Positions 53,001 through 64,000 of a stretch of 64,000 bases of DNA are shown here, piece after piece. Source of the DNA: Balanoglossus misakiensis (taxonomy: Eukaryota; Animalia; Hemichordata). The stretch lies in assembly GCA_040954595.2 (NCBI GenBank), contig CM082598.2, positions 7,641,097 to 7,705,096 of the forward strand, read 5' to 3'. The translations under genes were made by a program, and so were the position numbers. The notes under the pieces were generated by a model, which worked only from the letters and a program-made list of their open reading frames with translations, ran no database searches and had not been told where the DNA came from. Numbering within the stretch: the stretch's first letter is position 1; each line of letters begins with the position of its first letter.

Positions 53001-56000
53001 CCTATTGGTTTCGTTGGGGTTTTTCTGTCTTTAGGGCCCAAGCCAAGCCAGGCTTGGGCCCTATTGGTTTCGTTGGTATTTTTCAGTCTTTCTTTCTTTC
53101 TTTATTCTTATGTCAATTCTTTGTCGCTCTAGATCTCAGACACCACTGCAGGTACAGTTTTCAAACTTGCTACAGTGGTCAAGGTCAATGAGTAGTCGTG
53201 CATTGAACCCATGAATTTTTAATTAGTCACGAGACCTGGCGGCCATATTGGATTTTCTGAAAAAATGCAAATCTCAGATCTCAGAAACTACAAGTCAGAT
53301 CGACTTCAAATTTGGCGTGCAGGTAGACTACCTTCTGTCAATCATTTTTGTAATTGGAAATTATGCTGACAAAGTTGCAGTTTTTTTGCTACAATTTTTT
53401 TTCTGAAATCTGGTCAAAATTTCAAAAATCTTCTTCTCCAGAACCGGCGATAACTGAGTCACGCGGTTTGGGGTATGTGGTCACCAAACTGGGGTCTATC
53501 AAGTTTGCGAAGATCATTGTGATTAGTTGAAGATTATGGCGGCCATATTGGATTTTCGAAAAACCCTAGTAAAATTTCAAAAATCTTCTTCTCAAGAACC
53601 GGCAATAACTGAGTCACAAGATTTGGTGTGTGTGGTCATTAAACATATGTATATCAAGTTTGTGAAGAGGAATGTGATTGGTCGAAGATTATGGCGGCCA
53701 TATTGGATTTTGTGAAAAACGATTAAAAAGTAAAAATTCCCTTTCTAGCCTAAAAATTGATAGCACAGAAATTCTTTGTATGCATATGAATCATCATATG
53801 CCAAGAATAAGCTACAAATATTTTGGTAATTTTGGCAATGACCTTTGACCTACTTTTGACGCATCATTTTTCTGCATATCTAATTCCAGGCTAACCTTTA
53901 AGGCTATCATTTTGGTTTTTGATGTATGTGGATTTGTATGTGATCAAAAAATTTTGCTACTTTTCATGACCCCTTTGACCTCTGCTGACCTCATTAAATA
54001 TGCACATACCTAATTACAGATGAACCAATAGACCTAGAGGTTTTGTTTTTGTTATACATGGACCAGTATGGGGTCAAAATATTTTGCCCAAATGTTGGGT
54101 GACCTCGGATGACCTTTGACCTACTTTGGCATATCTTGACATCCACAGCAGATACAGCCTTGGCGTTTGGAGGTATAGGGCCATAATGAAAAGCCAAAGT
54201 TTTGGGTCACCTGTGACACCTGCTTAACTCATTATTTATGTGCATACCTAATTCCGGGCTAACCAAAAGGGCTAGAGATCTGGTTTTTGTTGGACATGGA
54301 CCACTATGGGTCAAAATATTCTGCCCAAATTTGGGGTGACCTCTGGGTGACTTTTGACCTACTTTACACTATGTCAACACCAAACCTAGATATAACCTTG
54401 ATATTTCATGGGATAAAACACAACATTATGTTTCTACTCATTAATAATGTGCATAACTAATAATCAGATCAGATAATAGAGCTTGGGCCCGGACAATGCT
54501 GCTTGCAGCTTTAATTCTTTCTTTCTTCTTTCTTTATTCTTCTGTCATTTCTTTGTCGCTCTAGATCTCAGACACCACTGCAGGTACAGTTCTCAAACTT
54601 GCTACAGTGGTCAAGGTCAATGAGTAGTCGTGCATTGAACCCATGAATTTTTAATTAGTCACATGACCTGGCGGCCATCTTGGATTTTCTGAAAAAATGC
54701 AAATCTCAGATCTCAGAAACTACAAGTCAGATCGACTTCAAATTTGGCGTGCAGGTAGACTACCTTCTGGCAAACATTTTTGTAATTGGAAATTATGCTG
54801 TCAATGTTGCAGTTTTTTTGCTACAGTTGGTTTTCTGAAATCTGGTCAAAATTTCAAAAATCTTCTTCTCCAGAACCGGCAATAACCGAGTCACGCGGTT
54901 TGGGGTATGTGGTCACCAAACTGAGGTCTATCAAGTTTGCGAAGATCATTGTGATTGGTCGAAGATTTTGGCGGCCATATTGGATTTTCGAAAAACCCTA
55001 GTAAAATTTCAAAAATCTTCTTCTCAAGAACCGGCGATAACTGAGTCACAAGATTTGGTGTGTGTGGTCATTAAACAGATGTCTATCAAGTTTGCGAAGA
55101 TGAATGTGATTGGTCGAAGATTATGGCGGCCATATTGGATTTTGTGAAAAACGATTAAAAAGTAAAAATTCCCTTTCTAGCCTAAAAATTGATAGCACAG
55201 AAATTCTTTTTATGGATATGAATCATCATATGCCAAGAATAAGCTATAAATATTTTGGTAATTTTGGCAATGACCTTTGACCTACTTTTGACGCATCATT
55301 TTTCTGCATATCTAATTCCAGGCTAACCAATAGGGCTATAAGTTTGGTTTTTGATGTATGTGGATTTGTATGCGATCAAAAAATTACGCTACTTTTCATG
55401 ACCCCTTTGACCTCTGCTGACCTCATTAAATATGCGCATACCTAATTACAGATGAACCAATAGACCTAGAGGTTTGGTTTTTGTTGGACATGAACCAGTA
55501 TTGGGTCAAATTTTTTGCCCAAATGTTGGGTGACCTCGGATGACCTTTGACCTACTTTTGCATATCTCGACATCCACAGCAGATACAGCCTTGGCGTTTG
55601 GAGGTATGGGGCCATAATGAAAAGCCAAAGTTTTGGGTCACCTGTGACACCTGCTTAACTCATTATTTATGTGCATACCTAATTCCGGGCTAACCAAAAG
55701 GGATAGAGGTCTGGTTTTTGTTGGACATGGACCACTATGGGTCAAAATTTTCTGCCCAAATTGTGGGTGACCTCTGGGTGACCTTTGACCTACTTAACAC
55801 TATATCAACACCAAACATAGATATAACCTTGATATTTCATGGGATAAAACACAGCATTATGTTTCTACTCATTAATTATGTGCATATCTAATAATCTGAT
55901 CAGATAATACAGCTTGGGCCCGGACAATGCTGCTTGCAGCTTTAATTCTTTCTTTCTTCTTTCTTTATTCTTATGTCAATTCTTTGTCGCTCTAGATCTC

Positions 56001-59000
56001 AGACACCACTGCAGGTACACTTCTCAAACTTGCTACAGTGGTCAAGGTCAATGGGTAGTCGTGCATTGAACTCTTGAATTTTTAATTAGTCACGTGACAT
56101 GGCGTCCATATTGGATTTTCTGAAAAAATGCAAATCTCAGATCTCAGAAACTACAAGTCAGATTTACTTCAAATTTGGTGTGCTGGTAGTGTACCTTCTG
56201 CCCATCATTTTTGTAATTTGATATTTTGCTGTCAATGTTGCAGTTTTTTTGCTACAGTTGTTTTTCTGAAATCTGGTCAAAATTTCAAAAATCTTCTTCT
56301 CCAGAACCGGCGATAACCGAGTCACGCGGTTTGGGGTATGTGGTCACCAAACTGGGGTCTATCAAGTTTGCGAAGATCATTGTGATTGGTCGAAGATTAT
56401 GGCGGCCATATTGGATTTTCGAAAAACCCTAGTAAAATTTCAAAAATCTTCTTCTCAAGAACCGGCGATAACTGAGTCACAAGATTTGGTGTGTGTGGTC
56501 ATTAAACAGATGTCTATCAAGTTTGCGAAGAGGAATGTGATTGGTCGAAGATTATGGCGGCCATATTGGATTTTATGAAAAACAATTAAAAAGTAAAAAT
56601 TCCCTTTCTAGCCTAAAAATTGATAGCACAGAAATTCTTTTTATGGATATGAATCATCATATGCCAAGAATAAGCTATAAATATTTTGGTAATTTTGGCA
56701 ATGACCTTTGACCTACTTTTGACGCATCATTTTTCTGCATATCTAATTCCAGGCTAACCAATACGACTATAAGTTTGGTTTTTGATGTATGTGGATTTGT
56801 ATGTGATCAAAAAATTTTGCTACTTTTCATGACCCCTTTGACCTCTGCTGGCCTCATTAAATATGCACATACCTAATTACAGATGAACCAATAGACCTGG
56901 AGGTTTTGTTTTTGTTATACATGGACCAGTAAGGAGTCAAAATATTTTGCCCAAATGTTGGGTGACCTCGGGTGACCTTTGACCTACTTTAGCTTATCTC
57001 AACATCCACAGCAGATACAGCCTTGGCATTTTGGAGGTATGGGGCCATAATGAAAAGCCAAAGTTTTGGGTCACCTGTGACACCTGCTTAACTCATTAAT
57101 TATGTGCATACCTAATTCCAGGCTAACCAAAAGGGCTAGAGGTCTGGTTTTTGTTGGACATGGATCACTATGGGTCAAAATATTCTGCCCAAATTTTGGA
57201 TGACCTCAGATGACCTTTGACCTACTTTTACATATCTTGGCATCCAAAGCAGGTACAGCCTTGGCATTTAGAGGTATGGGGCCATAATGAAAAGCCAAAG
57301 TTTTGGGTAACCTGTGACACCTGCTTACTCATTATTTATGTGTATACCTAATTCTGGGCTAACCAAAAGGGCTAGATATCTGGTTTTTGTTGGACATGGA
57401 CTACTATGGGTCACAATTTTCTGCCCAAATTGTGGGTGACCTCTGGGTGACCTTTGACCTACTTAACACTTTATCAACACCAAGCATAGTTATAACCTTG
57501 ATATTTTATGGGGTAAAACACAGCATTATGTTTCTACTCATTAATTATGTGCATATCTAATAATCAGATCAGATAATAGAGCTTGGGCCCGGACAATGCT
57601 GCTTGCAGCTTTAATTTATAATCTATTTCTAATGTCAAACTTTTCTTTGTCATATATTTTGCATAGAAGAAAGATCAATGCAATCAGAAGACCAAACATG
57701 TGCTCCATGGTAACTGAATCTGACTCTGAGGTAGGTTTATTTTATTTTCTTCTATGTGATTATTGAAATTAACTTCTCAACCTGGAGAATGATGCTTAGT
57801 GATTGACACATGGTTTGTGTCTGGTCAGGATGACATTGGCCTAGCATATGTAGTCTAGATATTCTTATGAAACTGGAGGTTAATTTTATCCATTAAAACT
57901 TTTACTTTCTTACAGATTGAAAATCTTGTAAGTAGTCTTGAGAATACACCAGTGAAGAAAAACTGGAAGCACCAGACTGAGAAAAGTGAAGGACAAAGAA
58001 GGCCAAGGTATTTCTCAAAAAACTGTGATTTTGAAGATCTAAGTCAGACATATCACAATATCAGTAGTGCGGACCCCACCAAATAGCCATTATCTTAAGC
58101 TTGTTGTATGTGGAGATGTTGAGGCTTATTTATGTGGGTATCTCCCATGAAAGTTATTTACAGATATGTGCCGTCTGGATGGTTTCATAAGAAATTTAAA
58201 TCTCTAAACCTGATGGGTCCTCTGTTTTCCTTAAAACCCAGAAGTCATGGGTTTCTACGTGATTGTTTTTATTACTCAGGGATGTTACGTGTAATGTCAT
58301 GTGAAAAGAAGCAACTTATTTGCATACAATTATGGAATAATTTTAGTATAATATTGTGTTTTGGTACCAAATGATTGTACGCAGACCCCAGTTCTCTGTG
58401 TTTTATGAAGAACTCAGCTGTACACATATATATTTAATATTGAATGCAGGGTTTTCGCTAAGCGCCGGCCACCGGCCATTTGGCCGGCTACTTGCACTGA
58501 ACTGGCCGTCTACTTTTCCTTAACCCATTAGGGTTATTTTTATTTTTATACTCTTTCACGCTCATTGTAAGCAGATATTTATCAATCGCTCGAGTGAAAA
58601 AAAGTTCAATTCGAATGTTTCCTATTTAAAATCAACAATCTTGTAGAGAAAATGGTCATTGCCGATCGAACGTGGCCAAATATATAGCGTTGCGTCGCGT
58701 CACCAGGTCACCTCGATCGAACGGAACGCACGATGCGTTGGCGTGATTATATCACATCCGGGACATACTAAGTAATTATAATTATGACGTCAGGGTAATG
58801 AGTCACACTTTCAAACAGATTCCGTTATGGCGTCCTCGAGGCGGACGGGAAGTGGGGGTCCGCCTAAATGGCGAAAAATTGAAGAGTTCCTGTTAAAAGG
58901 TAAGCTTTGAGTTGAGTTTGGAAGTCATGGACCCTTTTGAAAGAGTTTTGACGAGGGTTTCATTGATTTTTTTAACAAAAACTAAGCAAAGAACTTCATC

Positions 59001-62000
59001 ATCGGGCATCATTTTGGTCGACGATCACTGCATGCAACTTGCCAGCGATCGAGAGATAGACGTTGATTTTGTGGTATTACTAACCTGAATTTTATTTTGC
59101 ATGTACATGTGACTTTTAAAGAACTTAGTTTGTATCACTATCTACCAATAATTTAATTTATATATGATTTCAGTCGATGAATAGCAGTGCGCAGTTTACC
59201 TCACAGCCTGAAACTCGGGGGGGGGGGGGGGTGACGTCAGCGTATAATAAGTTTATGTGCGCCAGCTGATTGGTTACAATCAGTTGAGGATTGATATTTT
59301 CTTTTTAATTGTTTAGTTTTTCTGATATTTTTCTGTTCCATTGTTTTTCAGGATAAGTTTTCTAAAGACAGTGTAAGTAATAAAATTTTGCCTGTCACTG
59401 TCTAATGTAATTGTTGTTTTAGTTGCACCTACTACTAGTAATTTCTCTTTTCTTTGTAAACTTCCTTGTACTAGTCTAGTCTAGTTGCCTATTTAGTACC
59501 AATAGCTACCTAAGTCAAAGATAATATGCATGTTTTTCAAGTGTTGCTTAGTTGCCAAAGACTAGCTATTTGCTTCGCCATTCACAGTTATACTTGCATC
59601 AGTATTTTCGATTGCCTATCAAATTTTTAAGTAAATAACTTGGGTAATTTGCTCCCTAAGTGTTATTGTATTGGTAGAGTCTAGTGGTGATCTTGATAAT
59701 TATGTTGGCATTTCAATGATTTGTCCGGATTCTTCATCTTCCAATATCAATCTCTTTATTTTTCAGATGGCGCATCATGTGAAACGTCCGAGTCCTCAGG
59801 CTCATGTACATCTTCAGTTGAAAAGGACACACAGGTGACGCCCACGACTACTAGTACGAGTGAAAATACTTGTAGTATGACAAAACCACCAGATGAAGAC
59901 AAAACAAAGATGCCACATGACATGTAAGTTAATTGTGTAGTTTTGATATGTAGTCATGGGGATGATAAACCTTTTATTCTACCAGGAATGAGGATGGTAC
60001 AGTAGTTGAATCCCGAAACCCGTTTCAAATGTTTTATTCAATGTATTCCTATTCAATTTAATCAATGTAAATGTATTCCGATTTCTTTTCTTTCTAGGAG
60101 TGCAACAAGTGGAGGATGCCGGTGCCCTTTTGCCCCTGATGATGCTGTCAATATCATTTCTGAACTTTTTGCTGCAGACAGAGACACTAAAATCCATAAC
60201 TACTTCATATGTAACAAAAACATGTGTAATGCTGTCACACAATGTTGTAAATCTGTTCTTGGTAGCAAGAAGTTTCATCATGATAAGTTTATTACTGCCA
60301 AGTATTGGTGGTTAGTTTTCAAAGAGGATCAGTGTGCTGAAAATTGTGGGATGTATTGTTTTGTTTGTAAAAAACATCAGATGGCGAACCCCCAAAACAA
60401 AAGTGAGAAATTCTGCAGTAAGCCAAGTATCCGCTTCAAGTATGATGCAGTAAATACCCATGCAACTGGAGGAGTTCATACAGCTGCAATGCAGAATGAA
60501 ATCCTCCAGCATATGTCACCATTCCACCAGGAAAATTTCCAGAGAAAGGCAGTTCGAAACTCTGTCTACAACAAAGCTTTTGGCACTGCCTATTTCATAA
60601 TGTCTAATTACATAGCCAATAGAGTATTTGTTCCATTGATAGAGTTTGCAGAAACTGTGTTACATGTCCCAGACTTAAAATACTTTGACCACAAGTCAGT
60701 TGCATCATATCGAGAAATACTTGTCTTACTAGGCAGGACCCTGAAACAGAAAATAACTGACAGTGTGGGATGCCGTGACAGTTTTGGATTAATGACAGAT
60801 GAAGTCACTGACATATCTGTTAGCCAACAGTTGGTGACATTCATTCAGTATTTTGATAAAGCAATAGGTTCTGTGCAAACAAAATTCTTGTCCAGTCAAG
60901 ATATCTTAGTCGAATATAATTCAGCTAATGCTAATGCTATATATTCCTTGCTGAAAAAAGAAATAGAATCTAATGATCTGTCAGTGAAAAACTGTAAGGG
61001 GTTGTCAACAGATGGGGCTGCTGTCATGGTTGGCAGTAGAAATGGTGTTGCAAGCAAATTTAAGTCTGACAATAATTTGATCATAAGTGTGCATTGTGTT
61101 TGCCACAGGTTAGCATTGGCTTGTACTGACAGTAACACAAACTTAAAGTATGTGAAGGATGTGTCCACAATACTTCGGCAGCTTTGGCAGTTCTTCGAAA
61201 ATTCCCCAAAGAGGTTAGCAGCATACCTGAAAATGCAAGAAAAGCTTGCAAAAATAAAGTTAACCTCTGACAAGAGTCAGAAAATTGTCATGCACAGACT
61301 TAAAAAAGCTTGCAGCACCAGGTGGTTGAGTTTCAATCTAGCTGTAGAGGCAACTCTGAGGGATTTTGAGGCATTGCTCCTTACTCTGAATGACTTTGAA
61401 GATGATGCACTTGCCTGTGGCCTGCTAAAGAATATAAAGTCGGTTAAATTTGTTGGCACATTGTATATATTGCAGTCTGTATTGCCCATTTTGTCAGAGC
61501 TTTCTCTTGTGTTTCAAAGAGATCAAGTTAACTTCTCCCTCATTGCAAGCATGGTTTCAGCAACTAAAGATAAACTGAAACAGATTCTCAGTGATAATGT
61601 GCCAATAAATAAGTTTGTGTCTGATATTGACTCATTCACAAATATATCTTCTGAGCTATGTTTCCAGGGCAGCGGCAAGCTTGATCTTGAAAGTCTGATG
61701 AGAAAGTACATTGATGCTCTCATAGAGAATATAGATAGTAGGTTTGCTGAGTCATCTCCAGTGCTCACTGCACTGTCTGTCTTTGACCCATTGAGTATGC
61801 CAAGTAAAGAAAATGCAACTTTTAGTTCATATGGGGAAGCACATATCAAAGTACTAGCTGATCACTTTTACCAAAATGAGGAAGTTCCTGTAAAAGAAAA
61901 CAAAACACAGAAATTAGTGAATGAGTTTACACAACTTAAATACTACTATGTAGATTACATGAAGGCAAATATGCCTATTGATGTTGGAGAATGTAAAGGC

Positions 62001-64000
62001 ACTGTTACACCAACTCAGTGGCTCTTGACTGAGTTAGTGAGATGTGACAGCTTAACCCCATTTTTCCCTGAGATAACTAAAATAGCTGAAGCTGCACTGT
62101 GTGTTCCTGTGAGTAATGCTTGGCCTGAAAGGGGTGCAAGCACTTTGAAGAATGTCAAAACTAGATTAAGAAGTAGACTGTCAAGTGAAATGTTAGAATC
62201 TATAATGCATATCAGCATAAATGGTCCCCCAGTTGCCAGTGCTGAGGCAGAACAGATAATATCTCTAGCTGTTGAAAAGTGGGAAAAAGCCAAAAGTAGA
62301 AGATACCGCACAAAAGTACAGGCATCATCATGTGTAGACAGTGACTCAGGTGGGGCAACAGGTGGGGCCATTTATGCTGATGCTGCAGTGCAGGTGGATA
62401 TTGAGGTTGAGGAGGAAAGTGTTTCCATGATGATACAACATGAAGTAACACAAGTGTCATGTGCTTTGGGTTTACCATCAGAGGATTCAGACCCTGATAG
62501 TGACTTTGAATTTGGTTGACTAGTGCTGTAATAAAAGGTGGCTGAAGTAAAATCATATGAGTTTGTGTGTATGTGTTTGTGTGTAGAATGAGGGGGAGGG
62601 GGGGTCAAAGGTCAACATGATTTGGGGGGGGGGGTCAAAGGTCAACATGTCCCGGCCCCGTGTAATTGTCCCCCTACTTTGCCAATATGGCCCTCTATTT
62701 CTAATTTTAGTGAAATCCCTGGAATGTTTTTGCACGTTTGTCTGTGCTTGCAGATTCCCATCATTGGACATGCCTGTAGATGAATCAGTGGATTTGACTT
62801 TGGGGAGTGACACAGAAGATATGGGCAGAATTCCTCCTTTGCAGATGGAAGTTAATTCAGACAGTGACAGAGAAGATGAGCATTGCAGAACCCCACCATT
62901 GCTCAGTGAGAAGTCAGATTCTATTAATATGTCCAAAGGTTCTCTGGATGCAACACTAGACAGTGATAAAAAAACGTGGCCACTGCTTCGCAACATCAGC
63001 TAAGCCACTGGTGACAGTGGACCTGACACTAGACAGTGATACAAGGTTTGTAAGAATATTTTAAGGGGACATTTTGTTTGCCAAACTGAATTCTCAATTA
63101 TATATCAACTTCAGTCATATTGCACCAAATTTGACACAAATTAACAAATAATTATATGACATTTGTACAGTTAAAAAGACATTAACATTGTACATTAAAG
63201 GGTTGCAGAGTGTCTATGCTAGCTGTGATGGCTCCAGTTGTGAACTTTCTGAACAGGTCAACCATTGATTTTTAAGTTTAAGAATGATTAAAACTGGATT
63301 TGTGTGTCAATTGCAATTGCTTTTGACTACGTGTTTATGAAAGATTGATTTTTTGTCATTTATCAAGATGGCTTTATTAAATTAGCACTCAATATTTCAC
63401 AAAATTGACTGGGATTGAAGAAACTAAACCATAATTACAGAAAGTGTATACGTGACTACATTTTTGGTAAATGTGTTTTATATTTGTGAGGTACATATTA
63501 ACTTGATTAATTTGAAATAATCTGTTCTTGTATTCACAGTGAAGATAGCCCCACCACAACTGACACCACCAGAGAGCAACTAAGTAGCCATAATGGAAAT
63601 TTTCCTGTGTACTCAACTGTTCATCAAGGGCTTAGCAGGAAGGACATACTTGACATAATCATATGTAAAACTGTCGATTCAAATATGGTGTGTCACGTAA
63701 TTCCCACTGGCATAAAAAAAATGTCACATATGTTATTGATACTAGAAAAGTTAATGTGAAAGACCTTACTGCAGATGACAATGGTATCTGGAAAGGGGGC
63801 CATGCTTGCCCATCTCGGCATGTGGCAATCATAATAGAAGATGACACAGTAGCAACTGTTAAAACTGTACCAAAGCAACACAGCAGAGCAGACAATGTGT
63901 ACAAATACCAAAGACAATACAGCACACATGCTACATCAACATTCAAGCGTATTATCCACAAAGTTTTTGATCGCAGTCATGTCCTTCTTCCTTATGTTGT
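29882..64000 (+). CDS. Intron-rich gene: 3 RanBP2-type zinc fingers, acidic SIM-like VDLT motifs, DDNG-W domain; possible Mutator-type transposase N-terminus; runs off window
   Basis: Phase-compatible GT-AG exons 29882-29916, 30240-30326, 31302-31397, 31690-31776, 31907-31961, 46150-46196, 57667-57730, 57916-58007, 62754-63045, 63540-end. Two single-base frameshifts in A runs (62968-62974, 63714-63721). Confidence 0.65.
30240..30326 (+). CDS. RanBP2-type zinc finger exon 1
   Basis: WTCKECSFLNDANAECCRVC matches W-x-C-x2-C-x3-N-x6-C-x2-C; cag|...|gtaag. Confidence 0.85.
31302..31397 (+). CDS. RanBP2-type zinc finger exon 2
   Basis: WTCEKCTFLNDAKAECCLIC; splice flanks duplicated from exon 1. 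Confidence 0.85.
31690..31776 (+). CDS. RanBP2-type zinc finger exon 3
   Basis: WTCKKCTFLNDAKAECCLIC; upstream intron paralogous to that of exon 2. Confidence 0.85.
35461..35835. mobile_element. hAT-type MITE
   Basis: Perfect 8-bp TSD ggtgaggt (35453-35460, 35836-35843); CAT...ATG termini with imperfect TIR. Absent from units 1 and 2. Confidence 0.8.
36491..38759 (+). CDS. SAP - SWIM - YqaJ (lambda-exonuclease-like) protein of ISL2EU
   Basis: Exons 36491-36654 (VEQLKRWLKCRGIKTSGKKVELIAR, SAP-like) and 37229-38759. SWIM CECKA...CSHVAALL; YqaJ RVTAS, WGNENE, LGASPDG, LEIKCP, YYFQCQMQM. Confidence 0.92.
38767..39109. mobile_element. Kolobok-like MITE with TTAA TSD nested in ISL2EU
   Basis: TTAA-agggacaaagtctc...gagactttattcct-TTAA; long imperfect inverted arms. 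Confidence 0.85.
39753..41998 (-). CDS. ISL2EU transposase (THAP, HTH, DDE_Tnp_4-type) with premature stop near C-terminus
   Basis: Exons 41998-41723 (THAP CCYGHC..FPKP..W..C..ICSLHF), 41261-41132, 40894-39753. Catalytic IIDCSE, LADRGF, RIHVERAI. In-frame TAA at 39810-39812 precedes QMVFVAGCLVNFQEPIVK. Confidence 0.9.
43454..44318. mobile_element. Tc1/mariner-pogo-type non-autonomous element, TA TSD
   Basis: Same TIR as 9282-9658 (ccgtacttgcccgggtaaga), TA on both sides, 865 bp. Confidence 0.9.
44983..45656. mobile_element. Non-autonomous element with two abutting inverted-repeat pairs (Crypton-like)
   Basis: 26-bp perfect IR aggggttattacacggattttggtcg (44983) / 45082-45107, immediately followed by a 14-bp IR tttatcatacatgc (45107) / gcatgtatgataaa (45643-45656). 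Family assignment is inference. Confidence 0.5.
46711..57617 (+). mobile_element. Array of seven nested Helentron-associated (HINE/DINE-like) non-autonomous elements
   Basis: Seven 5' hairpin heads tagggcccaagc..gcttgggcccta and seven 1.43-1.67-kb bodies. Each body ends in subTIR gcttgggccc, stem-loop gctgc(t/c)..gcagc and tttaat. T-rich microsatellite after each head; no TSD. Confidence 0.85.
58447..62721 (+). mobile_element. Autonomous hAT transposon with 5-bp TSD (hAT5-type)
   Basis: TIR cagggttttcgctaa / ttagtgaaatccctg (13/15); gaatg duplicated on both sides. Confidence 0.9.
58827..62519 (+). CDS. hAT transposase (ZNF862-like), ~883 aa, intact
   Basis: Exons 58827-58899, 59767-59923, 60098-62519. 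Motifs WL..MYCFVC, MTDEVTD, STDGAAVMVG, HCVCHRLALA, TRWLS, VPVSNAWPERGAS. Confidence 0.93.

Noticed and set aside
47159-56432. Recurrent 60-80-aa ORFs in the HINE array
   Set aside because: Chance frames repeated with the unit, broken in sister copies, with no domain motifs.
60006-62519. Host gene ZNF862 / domesticated transposase
   Set aside because: Bounded by TIRs and a TSD, so it is a transposon copy. The ORF-track start is intronic.

Overview
Eukaryotic (metazoan, probably marine invertebrate) genomic DNA with spliceosomal introns and dense transposable elements. Left half: a multi-exon minus-strand Roco gene (ankyrin repeats, ROC GTPase, COR, death-domain-like C-terminus; DAPK-like but no kinase seen) with a tandem duplicate of its 3' end, a degenerate ankyrin exon, a 157-bp satellite and a decayed Gypsy LTR retrotransposon in its introns. 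A decayed LINE and a Gypsy fragment lie further left. Right half: a plus-strand intron-rich gene (three RanBP2 zinc-finger exons, SIM-like motifs, a DDNG-W domain) runs off the window end and may be the transposase gene of a very large Mutator-like element. Its introns hold a 1.6-kb tandem repeat interrupted by a full ISL2EU/IS4EU transposon (THAP-DDE plus SAP-SWIM-YqaJ genes), several MITEs, an intact hAT5-type transposon (5-bp TSD) and an 11-kb array of seven Helentron-like (HINE) elements. The 5' heads and 3' tails of that array pair like nested brackets, indicating repeated self-targeted insertion rather than tandem duplication. All gene models and coordinates were derived by eye; no database searches were run.
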